Notes under the pieces: generated by a model | What the model was told of the DNA's origin: nothing | Seen by the model: the letters and a program-made list of their open reading frames with translations, nothing else | Databases searched by the model: none | Position numbers and translations under genes: made by a program | Shown here: positions 1-9,668 of the stretch, one piece after another | Position numbering within the stretch: the stretch's first letter is position 1 | Layout of the letters: every line of letters begins with the position of its first letter | Source: Bdellovibrionota bacterium | Lineage (GTDB): Bacteria > Bdellovibrionota > UBA1018 > CAIPTA01 > JAALKR01 | Direction: 5' to 3' | NCBI GenBank assembly: GCA_965207455.1 | Contig: CBDBMJ010000001.1 | Span: 96,001 to 160,000 of the forward strand | Length of the DNA: 64,000 nucleotides

Positions 1-1
1 T

Positions 2-1048
2 CGAAACTTGTTGGTGGGAGATGCCAAGGATTGTGCAGCACTTTGGGAGGAGTGGAAACATTCCGGTATTATTGTACAAGATTTGGAGTATGCATTTTAT
101 GTTTTACAGCAAAATTTTTTATTTTCTGGTCAACGCCACACTAGGTGGGCTTTATATGCTGGTTTGGCTGTGGAGCCAAACTCTATTTTTATTCATGAAG
201 ATGTATCACCTGCAGGGGTGGAAAACACCCATGCTCGAATGTTGGAGAACAAGGCAGACCTCACTCCCATTTATGTGGGTTTTTCCGAGGAGAGGCGAGA
301 TATTTTCGCCCAAATGTTGCAAACAGCGGTGAAGGGACTCTCCCCCTTGCTTCACTATAAAGAATCTCCAGATGCTAGCCATACCCTATGGAGGGTGGGG
401 GATCCACCTACGGTGAAGGCCCTTGAGACGTTCTTTCTTCAGGAGAGTTTATATCTTTTAGACGGTCATCATCGTTGGAGTGCTGCTCTGAGAGTTCACT
501 CATCAAAACAGGGAGATGGAAGAATGTTGGCTTGTATTTCTTCCATGGGACGAGAGGATGTGTTGAATCTTCCCATTCATCGTGCTGTTCTTCATGAACC
601 GTGGTTACTCCCTGATGTGGGATTAAAAGATTTACAGAGATGGGGTTGTGTTGTGGCAAAGAGTTTGCCGTTAGGAACTTTGGACCTGAAGATCTATTTA
701 GAGAGCTTGCCAAAAAACCAATTTTATATTTTGTTTGCTCAGAGTCCAGTCCTATACCAAATAGAAGCACCCGTGGGGAAAAAGAGCACGGTGGTGGAAG
801 TATTAGAGGATATGTTTGCCAGTAAACTTCCTAGTTCTAGGCTGGTGCCGGGCCTAGAGCCCCAAATTTTATTGGAGGAGTTAGCCATGGGGCAAGCTCA
901 GGCCGTTATTTTTTTAGGCAGCATTTCTCCAGAGGTGGTACGTGCCACTGGGGAGAGGGGAGGGAGGCTTCCTCGTAAATCTACTCGGTTTTACCCCAAG
1001 CCTGCGCTGGGGATTATTTGTCGTCCATGGAGTCTAGGCGAAAAATAA
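2..1048 (+). CDS. DUF1015 family protein (5' partial, frame open from window start)
   Basis: LDGHHR and C-terminal PRKSTRFYPKP motifs typical of DUF1015. Confidence 0.85.
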   Translation, partial: RNLLVGDAKDCAALWEEWKHSGIIVQDLEYAFYVLQQNFLFSGQRHTRWALYAGLAVEPNSIFIHEDVSPAGVENTHARMLENKADLTPIYVGFSEERRDIFAQMLQTAVKGLSPLLHYKESPDASHTLWRVGDPPTVKALETFFLQESLYLLDGHHRWSAALRVHSSKQGDGRMLACISSMGREDVLNLPIHRAVLHEPWLLPDVGLKDLQRWGCVVAKSLPLGTLDLKIYLESLPKNQFYILFAQSPVLYQIEAPVGKKSTVVEVLEDMFASKLPSSRLVPGLEPQILLEELAMGQAQAVIFLGSISPEVVRATGERGGRLPRKSTRFYPKPALGIICRPWSLGEK

Positions 1049-1355
1049 TACGATGCACGGTTTTTTTACCCAACTCCTCATTGAGTCGTTTTTTTAACTC
1101 TTCACGACGAAAGCTCAATTCCGTGACCCAGGTGGGATGGGAAACCCCCACAAAAAGTCTTCCATGGCGGAAGCTTTGGGGTCGGCTATGTTTGGCGATG
1201 GCTCCTCCTACCACCTTTCCCCAAACCTCCCATATTTTATAGTTTTGAATAGGAGCGGGGTTTTGGTTTATGGTACGTTGGAATGTTCTTTGCAGAATGG
1301 CGGATAGACGCTCGGGGCCATTGCTGTCTGGGTTATCCTTGGAAGAAACTGCCAT
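1014..1355 (-). CDS. dciA: DUF721/DciA family protein
   Basis: W..VVG..IAKHS.P......L.V.V..PTW..EL.F....L..RLN pattern; probable start MAVSS at 1355. Confidence 0.75.
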   Translation of the reverse strand: MAVSSKDNPDSNGPERLSAILQRTFQRTINQNPAPIQNYKIWEVWGKVVGGAIAKHSRPQSFRHGRLFVGVSHPTWVTELSFRREELKKRLNEELGKKTVHRIIFRLDSMDDK

Positions 1356-2003
1356 TTGTGGAGGATAGCAAAGGGGAAATATGGTAGGCAAGGGAGAGTG
1401 AATCAGAAACAAACAGTAGGGAGGTGGCAAGCATTTTTAGCGCTGCTTGGTTTCGTGGCATTGGTTTTTAGCGCATGTGGTTATCAGTTCCAGCATACCG
1501 TCAACCCACTGAAAAAATTGGGAATTCAGAAAATTTATGTGGAAATTTTTGAGAATAGAACCTTGTTCCCAGGGGTGGAGCATTTTTTTACTACAGCGAT
1601 GGTGCGTGAAATTAGTCACTCCAAGAGTTTTCAATTAGTCAATCAGCGTGCTGCTGCTGACGCTATTCTTAAGGGCAGTGTCTATGGTGCACAGAATACT
1701 CCTTCCACCATTCAGGTGAAATTAGAGGATGCTAGCCTTGTGAGTGTTGCCAATACTTTTTATTCTAAAATTCGTTGTGCGATTACTATGGTGGATAGGG
1801 ATGGGAAGGTTATTCTTAGTCGTACTTTTGTGAGGAATAAAAACCATCCAGCCGCACTTGTTCTGGATAGCAATTTTCATATAAAGAAAGATGCTAATGT
1901 TACTGCCCCACTTATCAATAATAGTGAGCAACGGATTACCTATAGGTTTTTAGCAAAAGAAATGATGTCCAATGCGTACCAATATATTATAGGTGTATTT
2001 TAA
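1356..2003 (+). CDS. lptE: LPS assembly lipoprotein LptE-like
   Basis: Lipobox FSACGY, FENRT..PGVE motif, directly upstream of holA; true start probably downstream of 1356. Confidence 0.75.
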   Translation: MWRIAKGKYGRQGRVNQKQTVGRWQAFLALLGFVALVFSACGYQFQHTVNPLKKLGIQKIYVEIFENRTLFPGVEHFFTTAMVREISHSKSFQLVNQRAAADAILKGSVYGAQNTPSTIQVKLEDASLVSVANTFYSKIRCAITMVDRDGKVILSRTFVRNKNHPAALVLDSNFHIKKDANVTAPLINNSEQRITYRFLAKEMMSNAYQYIIGVF

Positions 2004-2996
2004 ATGCCTGTGGTGACAGAAAGAAAAATCATGGAGGAGCTTTCTCGAAAGAAAAAGCGAGGTGCTTATTATTTCTATGGACAGGAGCGATTTAAGATAG
2101 AGGATTTCATATCTCAGCTAACAAAAAAATATGGCAGTGATGGGAGAGAGGTTTTTTATGGAGATGAGGTAAGGGTAGGTGTGGTGGTGGAGGCATGCCA
2201 AAGTTTATCTTTATTTCAGTCTGAGAGATGCCTTTTGATACGAAAGGCAGATAGTATTGCAGATAAGGATTGGCCTTTGCTGGAGTTGATGTTGGAAAAG
2301 TTACCCGAAGATATTTGCATTATATTTTCTGGTCATAAACTAGATATGCGAAAAAAGAAGTCTCAGAGGTTGGTAAAAAACCCTCATTTAGCCCTAGTTC
2401 GTTGCGATGCCATTGCTATTCATGAGGTGGGTTTTTGGGCGAAAAAACTAGCTCAAAGACAGGGGAAAAAAATTCATTTCGATGCCATTGCCACACTCCA
2501 AGATCTTTGTGGCAATTCTTTGTATGAAATCTTTCACACCGTAGAGAAAGCCGGGCTTTTTGCAAGCCATGGAATGATTGAAAAAGAGCATGTGGAGGCG
2601 GTAACAGTGCGAACAAGGGCAGAGGATGTTTTTGTTTACTCCAATGCGGTTGCATCTAAAAATTTAAAGCAAGCACTAGAGGCCCTACACTATTTATATG
2701 ATCAGGGGCAGGAGCCAATTGCTCTCATTGGACTGCTTACACGACAGTACAGGTGGATGTTGGAAATCCAATCACGTCAAATGGAAAACGAAAGCGATCA
2801 AGAGATTGCCCAAGCCATGGGTTTGTATCCTAAAATGGCACGTCACCTATGGATAGCCACGCGGAAGAGAAGCCCTAAGGTCTTGCGAAAGGATTTATCT
2901 GCGCTCTATAGTGCAGACCTTGCTTTGAAGCAAAGTGGAGAGCCTCCCCATTTGGTGATGAATCGCCTTACTTTAGATTTATTGAGGGATTTATAG
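2004..2996 (+). CDS. holA: DNA polymerase III delta subunit
   Basis: YYFYGQE, SLSLF, C-terminal ADLALKQS motifs; lptE-holA synteny. Confidence 0.9.
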   Translation: MPVVTERKIMEELSRKKKRGAYYFYGQERFKIEDFISQLTKKYGSDGREVFYGDEVRVGVVVEACQSLSLFQSERCLLIRKADSIADKDWPLLELMLEKLPEDICIIFSGHKLDMRKKKSQRLVKNPHLALVRCDAIAIHEVGFWAKKLAQRQGKKIHFDAIATLQDLCGNSLYEIFHTVEKAGLFASHGMIEKEHVEAVTVRTRAEDVFVYSNAVASKNLKQALEALHYLYDQGQEPIALIGLLTRQYRWMLEIQSRQMENESDQEIAQAMGLYPKMARHLWIATRKRSPKVLRKDLSALYSADLALKQSGEPPHLVMNRLTLDLLRDL

Positions 2997-3008
2997 GGTT
3001 CTAGTTGA

Positions 3009-4085
3009 TTAGAGTGTGCGATCGGTGGACGAGGAAAGAACGGATATTCTTTGTAAAAAATATTCCACAGTGGCCTGTATATATTCCAGGGATTCTTGGT
3101 GACCTGTGGGAAGTTTTTTAGAACCTCCTACTTGGTTAAAATGGTCGAGCATTTTATAAAACTGTTGTCGTATAACGGGTCGGGCAGATTCGTAGGCGTA
3201 GAGAGGATTTGTAATCACTTTGAGTTTAGTTAACTGGTCTGGAGCATTGAAGTAGCTTTGTAGGCTTTCTTGAATGGAGTTACTTAAGGTGCGACTCCAA
3301 TAGTTATTGAGTTGTAAAAATGCGGGGAGAGCTATGGTAAGGGCTTTATTGAGGCACAGGCCCCGTTCTTCAAACCATGTATAGATTTTTTTACTGGCTT
3401 GTTGGAGGTTAATATTTTTTGGGGGAGGAATGGCTTCGCATTTTCTTAGGATATGGTAGGTACGCAGCCAAATGAATCGCCCCTTAAGGCTAGCAAAGTT
3501 TTCTTTGGATTCTTGAATTCTGTTTTCAGTGGCAGAGTCCAGAAGTTCTTCGGCTTCTCCCAGAGCTTCTTTTCCTCCTAGCTGTTGACCTGTGCGTATC
3601 AGTGCTTCTACCCAAAGTAGTTTTATGAGTACTTTGTTGTCGTAGTACATGGATATGTTTTGCGCTTCTGTGGCAAGAGTTACCATTTTTTTCCACAGGC
3701 TAAGGGCTTTATAGCAAATCAGTAGGGTGATGTATGTATTGGGTAGGAGTTTGGAATTTGGATTTTCTTTTACAAATTGTTCAAGGAAATCGCTGGCTTC
3801 TTGGTATTCATTTAAGGAGTAGTGGATCAGTCCTTGGTAGTAGGGAACTAGGTGGAAATCTCTTAGGGTAGCGTCCTTTTTATTTAAAGTACTGAGTATT
3901 TTGAGAGCATTTTCATATTTACCTGCCTCATAGGCTTGTATGGCTGAATCAAGCTGGTCATTCTCCAGTGTGATGTGTTTGCTTGCTTTGGTTTCTGTTG
4001 GCTTGAGTGCTGTTGGTTTCGTTTGAGGGGTGCTGCAATTGCAGAGGATGAGGAGTATATGCAGGAGGAAGAGATTTTTTTTCAT
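3009..4085 (-). CDS. TPR-containing lipoprotein
   Basis: Signal peptide with Cys; YfiO/BamD-like TPR (YYQGLIHY...EQFVKENPNS). Confidence 0.65.
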   Translation of the reverse strand: MKKNLFLLHILLILCNCSTPQTKPTALKPTETKASKHITLENDQLDSAIQAYEAGKYENALKILSTLNKKDATLRDFHLVPYYQGLIHYSLNEYQEASDFLEQFVKENPNSKLLPNTYITLLICYKALSLWKKMVTLATEAQNISMYYDNKVLIKLLWVEALIRTGQQLGGKEALGEAEELLDSATENRIQESKENFASLKGRFIWLRTYHILRKCEAIPPPKNINLQQASKKIYTWFEERGLCLNKALTIALPAFLQLNNYWSRTLSNSIQESLQSYFNAPDQLTKLKVITNPLYAYESARPVIRQQFYKMLDHFNQVGGSKKLPTGHQESLEYIQATVEYFLQRISVLSSSTDRTL

Positions 4086-4106
4086 TATAGTTTTATGTTT
4101 TTCTGT

Positions 4107-5198
4107 TTATAGGGTCAGGTATGTACTTATTTTTTCTAAGACCTCTATAGAATTTATATCTCGATTTACTTCAGGAATCAATACGGTGGGTAAAGAATAT
4201 TTTTTTTGAACGGATTGTATATTGTTTTTTTCCTGTTGTACCTGCTTATATAGTTTCACATAATTTTGATGAATTTCGTCCATGGTTTCCGGGTACTCTT
4301 TTTTTAGGGTTGACGGATCACGGGTACAAAGGTGGCTTAGGCTGCGATTAACAATAAGAGCTAGGGTGGAGAAATTCTGGGATGTGGTGGTTTTCCAGAA
4401 TGAAAAGAGATCCTGTTGCTGAATGGATTCAGGGGTGGTGATAAATAAAATTCCAGAGTCCTTGCTCTTGAGTAGTTGAAGGATTTGGGATTGGTGAGAG
4501 AGAAAAGCATGTTTTATGGGGTAGAGTTGAGGGGTGATTTCCATAAGGTCTCGGAGGGCACCTTCTCCAGTGATTTTTGAGAGTAGGTTTAAGGCTGTTT
4601 TTGTTCCCTTGGCTCGAAAGTATTCCACGATTCCTTTGGATTTTGGTTCTGTGAGGAACCATTGAAAAATTCTATCGTCAAAGAAGCGCCCTATTTTCTC
4701 AGGGGCATCTAAAAACTCCAAGGCATTTCTTGTGGGTGGGGTGTCTAGAACAATGGTGTCGTAGCGATTGGACTGGTACATGGTATAGAGTTCTTCCATT
4801 ACTAAATAGTCATGGGTGCCGGCGTTTGGGTGAGACAGGAGTTGAAAAAGAGTATTTTTATTGAGTAGTTGTGCCTTTTCCTTGCCACCAGTGTTGAGGA
4901 TGAACTTTTCCAGGGTTTTTTGCGAATCAAAGGCAGTGGCATAAAGAGCGCCTGGAATTTTTCTTTTTAAGGCACTCTCTAGGTGCTTGTTTATTTTTTT
5001 AGGTTCAGAGGTGAGCTCATTTAATCCCATTGCTGTAGCTAAACGTTTGGCTGGATCGATGGTGATGAGTCCCACTCGTTTTCCAGAGGAAGCCAGACTT
5101 AGGGCAATGGCCGACGATATGCTTGTTTTTCCTATACCGCCAGTGCCGCATAAAAGTAGGATTTTTTTATTCTGTATTTCTTTAGCTAAGCTTTGCAT
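4107..5198 (-). CDS. ArsA/GET3-family ATPase
   Basis: GTGGIGKT, TIDPAKRLA and VLDTPPT motifs. Confidence 0.9.
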   Translation of the reverse strand: MQSLAKEIQNKKILLLCGTGGIGKTSISSAIALSLASSGKRVGLITIDPAKRLATAMGLNELTSEPKKINKHLESALKRKIPGALYATAFDSQKTLEKFILNTGGKEKAQLLNKNTLFQLLSHPNAGTHDYLVMEELYTMYQSNRYDTIVLDTPPTRNALEFLDAPEKIGRFFDDRIFQWFLTEPKSKGIVEYFRAKGTKTALNLLSKITGEGALRDLMEITPQLYPIKHAFLSHQSQILQLLKSKDSGILFITTPESIQQQDLFSFWKTTTSQNFSTLALIVNRSLSHLCTRDPSTLKKEYPETMDEIHQNYVKLYKQVQQEKNNIQSVQKKYSLPTVLIPEVNRDINSIEVLEKISTYLTL

Positions 5199-6138
5199 TG
5201 GATTGCTCTAAAAAATGTTTCCCCAGACCTAAGAGAATTTCCTGTTCTGTTTCGGCAAACAGGAAGGGAAGGGAGAGGGTTTGGGGGTAGTTTTGGAGAA
5301 AGAGTTTATGGTGGTGACTTTCTTGCTGGTGGCGTTTTTGGGAATAGTCCCAAGCAGAACTATAATCAGGGCCTGTTTGCTCGGGCACTGTGACCGACGA
5401 AGGGGTGAGCAGTGGATAGCACTTATTCATAATGGGCAGGGGAGGGGGAAATGTGCTTTGTAGTTTGTCGATGAATTCCCTGGCTTCAGTGGTTGCCATT
5501 TCTTCTGGCAAGCAAGTAAACAGGATCGCTGTTTTTTCCCTATCTTCGAGAAAACTTTGTATTTGTTGGGTGTTTTTATAGAGAGGGCCCTTTTTCGTTA
5601 TGTTTGCAAAATTACTGGGCGATTGGAGTAGGGAAATACCATGACCGCTGGCAGGAGCGTCGAGAAGAACAATATCTGGCCGATCCAGTGTTTTCTCTTG
5701 CTCCAGGGTATGCCAAATTTTTCCCAGTGTTAGGAGTCCGGGAAGTCCTGGTACTACTTTTAGTAGTGATGTGGTTACAGGATTGCGTAGAATAAGTTTG
5801 GTGAGTTTTTGGGATCGGATTTTGAGTTGAATATACTCCATGAGTGCGTCCTGGAACGCCACCTGTGAGGCGAGGATGGATCCACCGCTGTTCAGGGGGT
5901 TGGCAGCGGACTTGGGCACAAAGCCGAGAGAGGGGAGGTTGAGGAGTTCTGCAAATCGGGTAAATCCTTGGTGCTTATCGTGAGACATCTCCACTACCAG
6001 GGTTTTTTTGCCTAAGGCGTTCAGAGCGAGGGCAAGGGCACAGGTAATGATGGACTTTCCCGTACCCCCCTTTCCCGTAATTACGATAAATCGACGAGAC
6101 TGGAGTTTCCATAGCCAAGATTGCATATGCTCGAACAT
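5182..6138 (-). CDS. ArsA/GET3-family ATPase
   Basis: GKGGTGKS, LDAPASGH, LPEEM motifs; overlaps the next ArsA gene. Confidence 0.9.
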   Translation of the reverse strand: MFEHMQSWLWKLQSRRFIVITGKGGTGKSIITCALALALNALGKKTLVVEMSHDKHQGFTRFAELLNLPSLGFVPKSAANPLNSGGSILASQVAFQDALMEYIQLKIRSQKLTKLILRNPVTTSLLKVVPGLPGLLTLGKIWHTLEQEKTLDRPDIVLLDAPASGHGISLLQSPSNFANITKKGPLYKNTQQIQSFLEDREKTAILFTCLPEEMATTEAREFIDKLQSTFPPPLPIMNKCYPLLTPSSVTVPEQTGPDYSSAWDYSQKRHQQESHHHKLFLQNYPQTLSLPFLFAETEQEILLGLGKHFLEQSNAKLS

Positions 6139-6230
6139 AGCCCAATCAACAGCGTTTACAAAGGGACAATGTCTGTGGCATGAGTATTAGGACAGTTCAT
6201 TTTTCAGATAGTCCGAATCTAGTTAAAAAT

Positions 6231-6306
6231 GGGCCCTTAGCTCAGCTGGTAGAGCACTACCGTGGCACGGTAGGGGTCAGGAGTTCGATTCTCCTAGGGT
6301 CCACCA
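6231..6306 (+). tRNA. tRNA-Ala(GGC)
   Basis: Cloverleaf GGGCCCT/AGGGTCC with G3:U70, anticodon arm CTACC-GTGGCAC-GGTAG, GTTCGATTC T-loop, encoded CCA. Confidence 0.96.
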
Positions 6307-8072
6307 AGTGAAACGATGTTCGAATTTTCTGACTTCAAGATTGCCAGCCCTTTTTTGGGGTCATCTGCACATTCTAACGCATATTCCCCGAAGTATTCCA
6401 AGGTTATCTTGTCTGTTCCCACTAGGACTCTTTTTATAAATTTGCTCAGTAGCTTCCTTGTCTGAAAGTTGGATAGCTTGGAAAAACTCTTATTAACCAT
6501 CTTAAAGGTATGGAACATCGCTTCTGAGGAAATAATGCCTGATTGTAGCTTAGACCTCTGCTCTCTGAGGGATAGAACTGCCTTCTCTGTGCTTTTGATG
6601 ACTTCTCCTAGCTTATCCAGTTCCTTCAATAAAAGGTCGCGGCTACAGTCGTTCTTGGACCTAGCAAGGGATCTCATAATTCCTTCGAGTTCTGGATCAA
6701 GGTGCTTTCTTTCTTCTATTTTGGACTGTATTAAGACTTTTATATCTTTTAGGCGAGTTTCCTTGTCCTGATTAGCTTTTTTTGTGATTTCCAGCAATAT
6801 GCTCCTATCCTTGGCTAATTCCTTTAATCGGGAGAAGACCTGTTTCTCTATTTTATCACCATGGACATACTCTAGATCGCATCTCTCATTGTGTCGGTTT
6901 CCTTTTAGTAGCATTTTTCTTTTATGTCCATAATAGTAATAGGGCTTATCATTGGAGACAGTAGACTTTCCCACCAGCTTTTCTCCGCATAGATCACAAT
7001 ATAGCAGCCCAGATAGAGTATAGTTATATTTGCTCTTGGTTTTTCTTAGGTTTTTTCTGTTATTAGATAAAGTAGATTGGACTTCATCGAACATCTCTTG
7101 ACTAATAATAGGCTCCCACTGTCCATCGTATATTTCGTATTTGTCTGTGCGTTTCAGTGATTCTTGATTCTTATTGCGATTGGTTTTATTATATTCCCTT
7201 TTACCTATATAGGTTAAATTTGTGAGTGTTCTGTAAGTCGTGGTATGGGTCCAGCGGCTGCCGCCCCTGTGGTTTCGAGCTTTTGTTGTGATATAGCTCT
7301 TGGTTTTATATCCATAATCGTTTAGAAAAGATATTGTGCTTGAAATAGAACCTAGTTCTAAAAATTTCTGAAATATAAGTTGCACGATAGGCTTTTCCTT
7401 TTCATTTACTACTAGGTGACATCTTTTATCGGGGTGTGGGTCGTAGCCCAGTAAGCGGCTCCCTCCATTGGTTAATCCTCTCTCTGCTCTAGCATGCACG
7501 CCATTTTTTATACGCTCAACGGTGGTTTTTCGTTCAAACTGTGCAAAGCTAATTAATTGAAGCACCATAAGCTCGCCCATAGCCGTAGAGGTGTCAAAGT
7601 TTTCCTTTAGGCTAAGAAATGTTGTGTCGTTTTCTTTTAGAAAACCCCAGAGTTGACAGAAATCTTTTACATTACGGCTTAGACGTGAAAGTTCAGTAAC
7701 GATAACAGCATTGACTTTGCCTAACTCCATATCTCGGTACATTTCTTTGAAAGCAGGGCGGTTCATGTTTTTTTCTGAATAGTCTTTGTCTACATAGGTT
7801 TTAACAATAGTTCCCCACTTGGGTTGTGATAGATTTTTCATATCTACAAAACTTTTTATTCTTTGGGGGTGTGAAACTAGGGAGCCTTCTTCTCTAATCT
7901 CATCGCTGGGGGAGAGCCGAATATAGGCTGCAAGTCTGTATTTATAGTCCGATTGCTTCTTTAAAACTCGCTCCTTCCTGCTCATAGCATCTATTATGCT
8001 TGGATTTTCTTCTTGTGCTATTTTTCTCCATGCATGTGACGAGTATTCTTGCGATTTGTTTGATTCTTTCAT
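6294..8072 (-). CDS. Large serine recombinase (resolvase + recombinase + Zn-ribbon + coiled coil)
   Basis: YIRLS catalytic motif, VTELSRLSR, AQFER, LSGLLYCDLCG..YYY; likely start at 7985 (MSRKE); stop codon lies inside the tRNA-Ala 3' end. Confidence 0.93.
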   Translation of the reverse strand: MKESNKSQEYSSHAWRKIAQEENPSIIDAMSRKERVLKKQSDYKYRLAAYIRLSPSDEIREEGSLVSHPQRIKSFVDMKNLSQPKWGTIVKTYVDKDYSEKNMNRPAFKEMYRDMELGKVNAVIVTELSRLSRNVKDFCQLWGFLKENDTTFLSLKENFDTSTAMGELMVLQLISFAQFERKTTVERIKNGVHARAERGLTNGGSRLLGYDPHPDKRCHLVVNEKEKPIVQLIFQKFLELGSISSTISFLNDYGYKTKSYITTKARNHRGGSRWTHTTTYRTLTNLTYIGKREYNKTNRNKNQESLKRTDKYEIYDGQWEPIISQEMFDEVQSTLSNNRKNLRKTKSKYNYTLSGLLYCDLCGEKLVGKSTVSNDKPYYYYGHKRKMLLKGNRHNERCDLEYVHGDKIEKQVFSRLKELAKDRSILLEITKKANQDKETRLKDIKVLIQSKIEERKHLDPELEGIMRSLARSKNDCSRDLLLKELDKLGEVIKSTEKAVLSLREQRSKLQSGIISSEAMFHTFKMVNKSFSKLSNFQTRKLLSKFIKRVLVGTDKITLEYFGEYALECADDPKKGLAILKSENSNIVSLGGP

Positions 8073-8163
8073 TATTTTCTTCCTTACTTATTGGACATAG
8101 TTTCATTTCTATCTTGTATTGCTTGGGGTAATCCTTGGTACGGCGGTTGTATTTGCGTACCAT
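7942..8163 (-). CDS. Small basic hypothetical protein upstream of the recombinase
   Basis: 73 aa ORF with AGGAGG RBS, overlapping the recombinase start. Confidence 0.6.
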   Translation of the reverse strand: MVRKYNRRTKDYPKQYKIEMKLCPISKEENNERIKQIARILVTCMEKNSTRRKSKHNRCYEQEGASFKEAIGL

Positions 8164-8181
8164 AATCCCTCCTATTGTAAA

Positions 8182-8403
8182 TCATTTTATAGCTTGTCTT
8201 TTCATGCCGTTTAAAATCTGTAAAGATTTCTTCTTGGGAATTTTGCCTAGATAGGATAAGAGCCTCCGTAGAGGCTCGTTTGGTGTTCTCCTTTTGGTCT
8301 CCCACATGCAAACAACGGTCTTGCTGTGAGAACCCAGAAGGTCGGAAAATTCCTCTTGGGTAAGCCCTAGCTTTGTTCTTAATTTTTTGACTACTTCTGA
8401 CAT
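8182..8403 (-). CDS. XRE-family HTH regulator
   Basis: VKKLRTKLGLTQEEFSDLLG...WETKRRTP. Confidence 0.85.
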   Translation of the reverse strand: MSEVVKKLRTKLGLTQEEFSDLLGSHSKTVVCMWETKRRTPNEPLRRLLSYLGKIPKKKSLQILNGMKRQAIK

Positions 8404-8473
8404 TTGGCAACATACTACCCCTGCTTTCCATTATTGTCTAGTATAGAATAACCGATAGTTTATCAAAAGTAAA

Positions 8474-8773
8474 CTATTTTTTTGACGCTTCTTTTAACAA
8501 TGATCGCACTTGCTTTGGATTCGCTTCCCCATCATCTCTAGCCTCCATTTGATGTATAAGGGCTTTGGCATAATCGAGTGGAGGCAAGATTTCTTTAAGT
8601 ATTTTCTGTGTTTTTTTAGAGAAGTAATGCTTTTCATAATCCTCAATAATCCAAGAAAGCAAGGCATGCTTCTTTATAGTATTAGGTATAGTTTTATTCA
8701 TAGTACTCACCATAGATTTTAAGGATAGGCTTGCATTTTTTGAAATACTAACTTTTGAGATATTTTCTTTCAT
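8474..8773 (-). CDS. Hypothetical protein (possible DNA-binding)
   Basis: 99 aa ORF with AAGGAG RBS, same strand as the integrase module. Confidence 0.6.
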   Translation of the reverse strand: MKENISKVSISKNASLSLKSMVSTMNKTIPNTIKKHALLSWIIEDYEKHYFSKKTQKILKEILPPLDYAKALIHQMEARDDGEANPKQVRSLLKEASKK

Positions 8774-8971
8774 AATTTCATAACTCCTTTTTGTGTTTTT
8801 TTCTTGATCCGAGAAGACTCTGATTTTATTTTTTATTCTTGAGAAAGTAGAATAAAGATATTTATAAAGGTTTGCGCAGAAATCTTAGATACTGGGAGAA
8901 AAGGGCTACCTAATATAGCTCTTTAAGCAGTCAACTGACGGCACATTATTTTTTTAATTAGGGTATAAATA

Positions 8972-9010
8972 AAAAAAATCCCCTGCCTGTTGCTAAGCAG
9001 AGGATTTTTT
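8972..9010. terminator. Hairpin terminator of a repeated family
   Basis: A-tract-TCCCCTGC...GCAGAGGA-T-tract; homologous to the hairpins at 32412, 35029 and 35858. Confidence 0.65.
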
Positions 9011-9013
9011 CAC

Positions 9014-9406
9014 CTGACTTCATGGGTAGGCTCATATTAATTCAGAGCGGCACAGCTTAAATTTGTTATTTTTATTGACTTTGTGCGACGCATTGTGTGG
9101 CGTGAAAATATAGCGTGAATAAAGGGTGGACTTTGTTTGTTTTGATATAATTAAGATAGGGGTATTATGTTTATCACCAGTCCCAAGAGAAAGAATGGAA
9201 TTACCGTTGTCAGACATGATTCAAGCAGACGGCTAAAGATATTTACAAGGCTTTCAATAAGAAGCGAGAGGAGACAGCTTACACTATATACTGAACATGA
9301 CTGTACACAGTCGTAAATGTAGCGTGCTTTTAAGCCCGCTGAAATTAATTTTTAAATAATATCAAGTGCTTGTGAGTTTCGCATCACACCGAACCCATGA
9401 AGTCAG
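9014..9406 (+). mobile_element. Internally deleted IS/MITE, IS1634-like
   Basis: Perfect 14-bp terminal IRs CTGACTTCATGGGT (9014-9027) / ACCCATGAAGTCAG (9393-9406); inside are MFITSPKRKNGITVVR (ATG 9167) and out-of-frame TAKDIYKAFNKKR..Y* resembling transposase N- and C-termini. Confidence 0.55.
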
Positions 9407-9668
9407 AAAAAATAGTGGCGTTTGCGAAAAAAACAAAAATTCAATTGATACAATAGGATTTTTATTTTAGAACCCAAAAAGGTAAGCACTAATGCTTAGC
9501 CGGAGAATTTTATGCTAAGCACTTAAGGAATTAATATTTTGTATGTATAGCGGCAAAAATATTTTTTACTTTTTACTATTGTCAAGATCAAATCCCTTTG
9601 ATATGCTTTTCGAAACAAGATGTAACTTGTTGTCAACCACATAAATTAAATACGAAGGAGAATAAAAT

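Noticed and set aside
8084..8431. 115 aa ORF overlapping the XRE gene, and the many short antisense ORFs in the track
   Set aside because: Alternate-frame shadows of better-supported genes with no recognisable motifs
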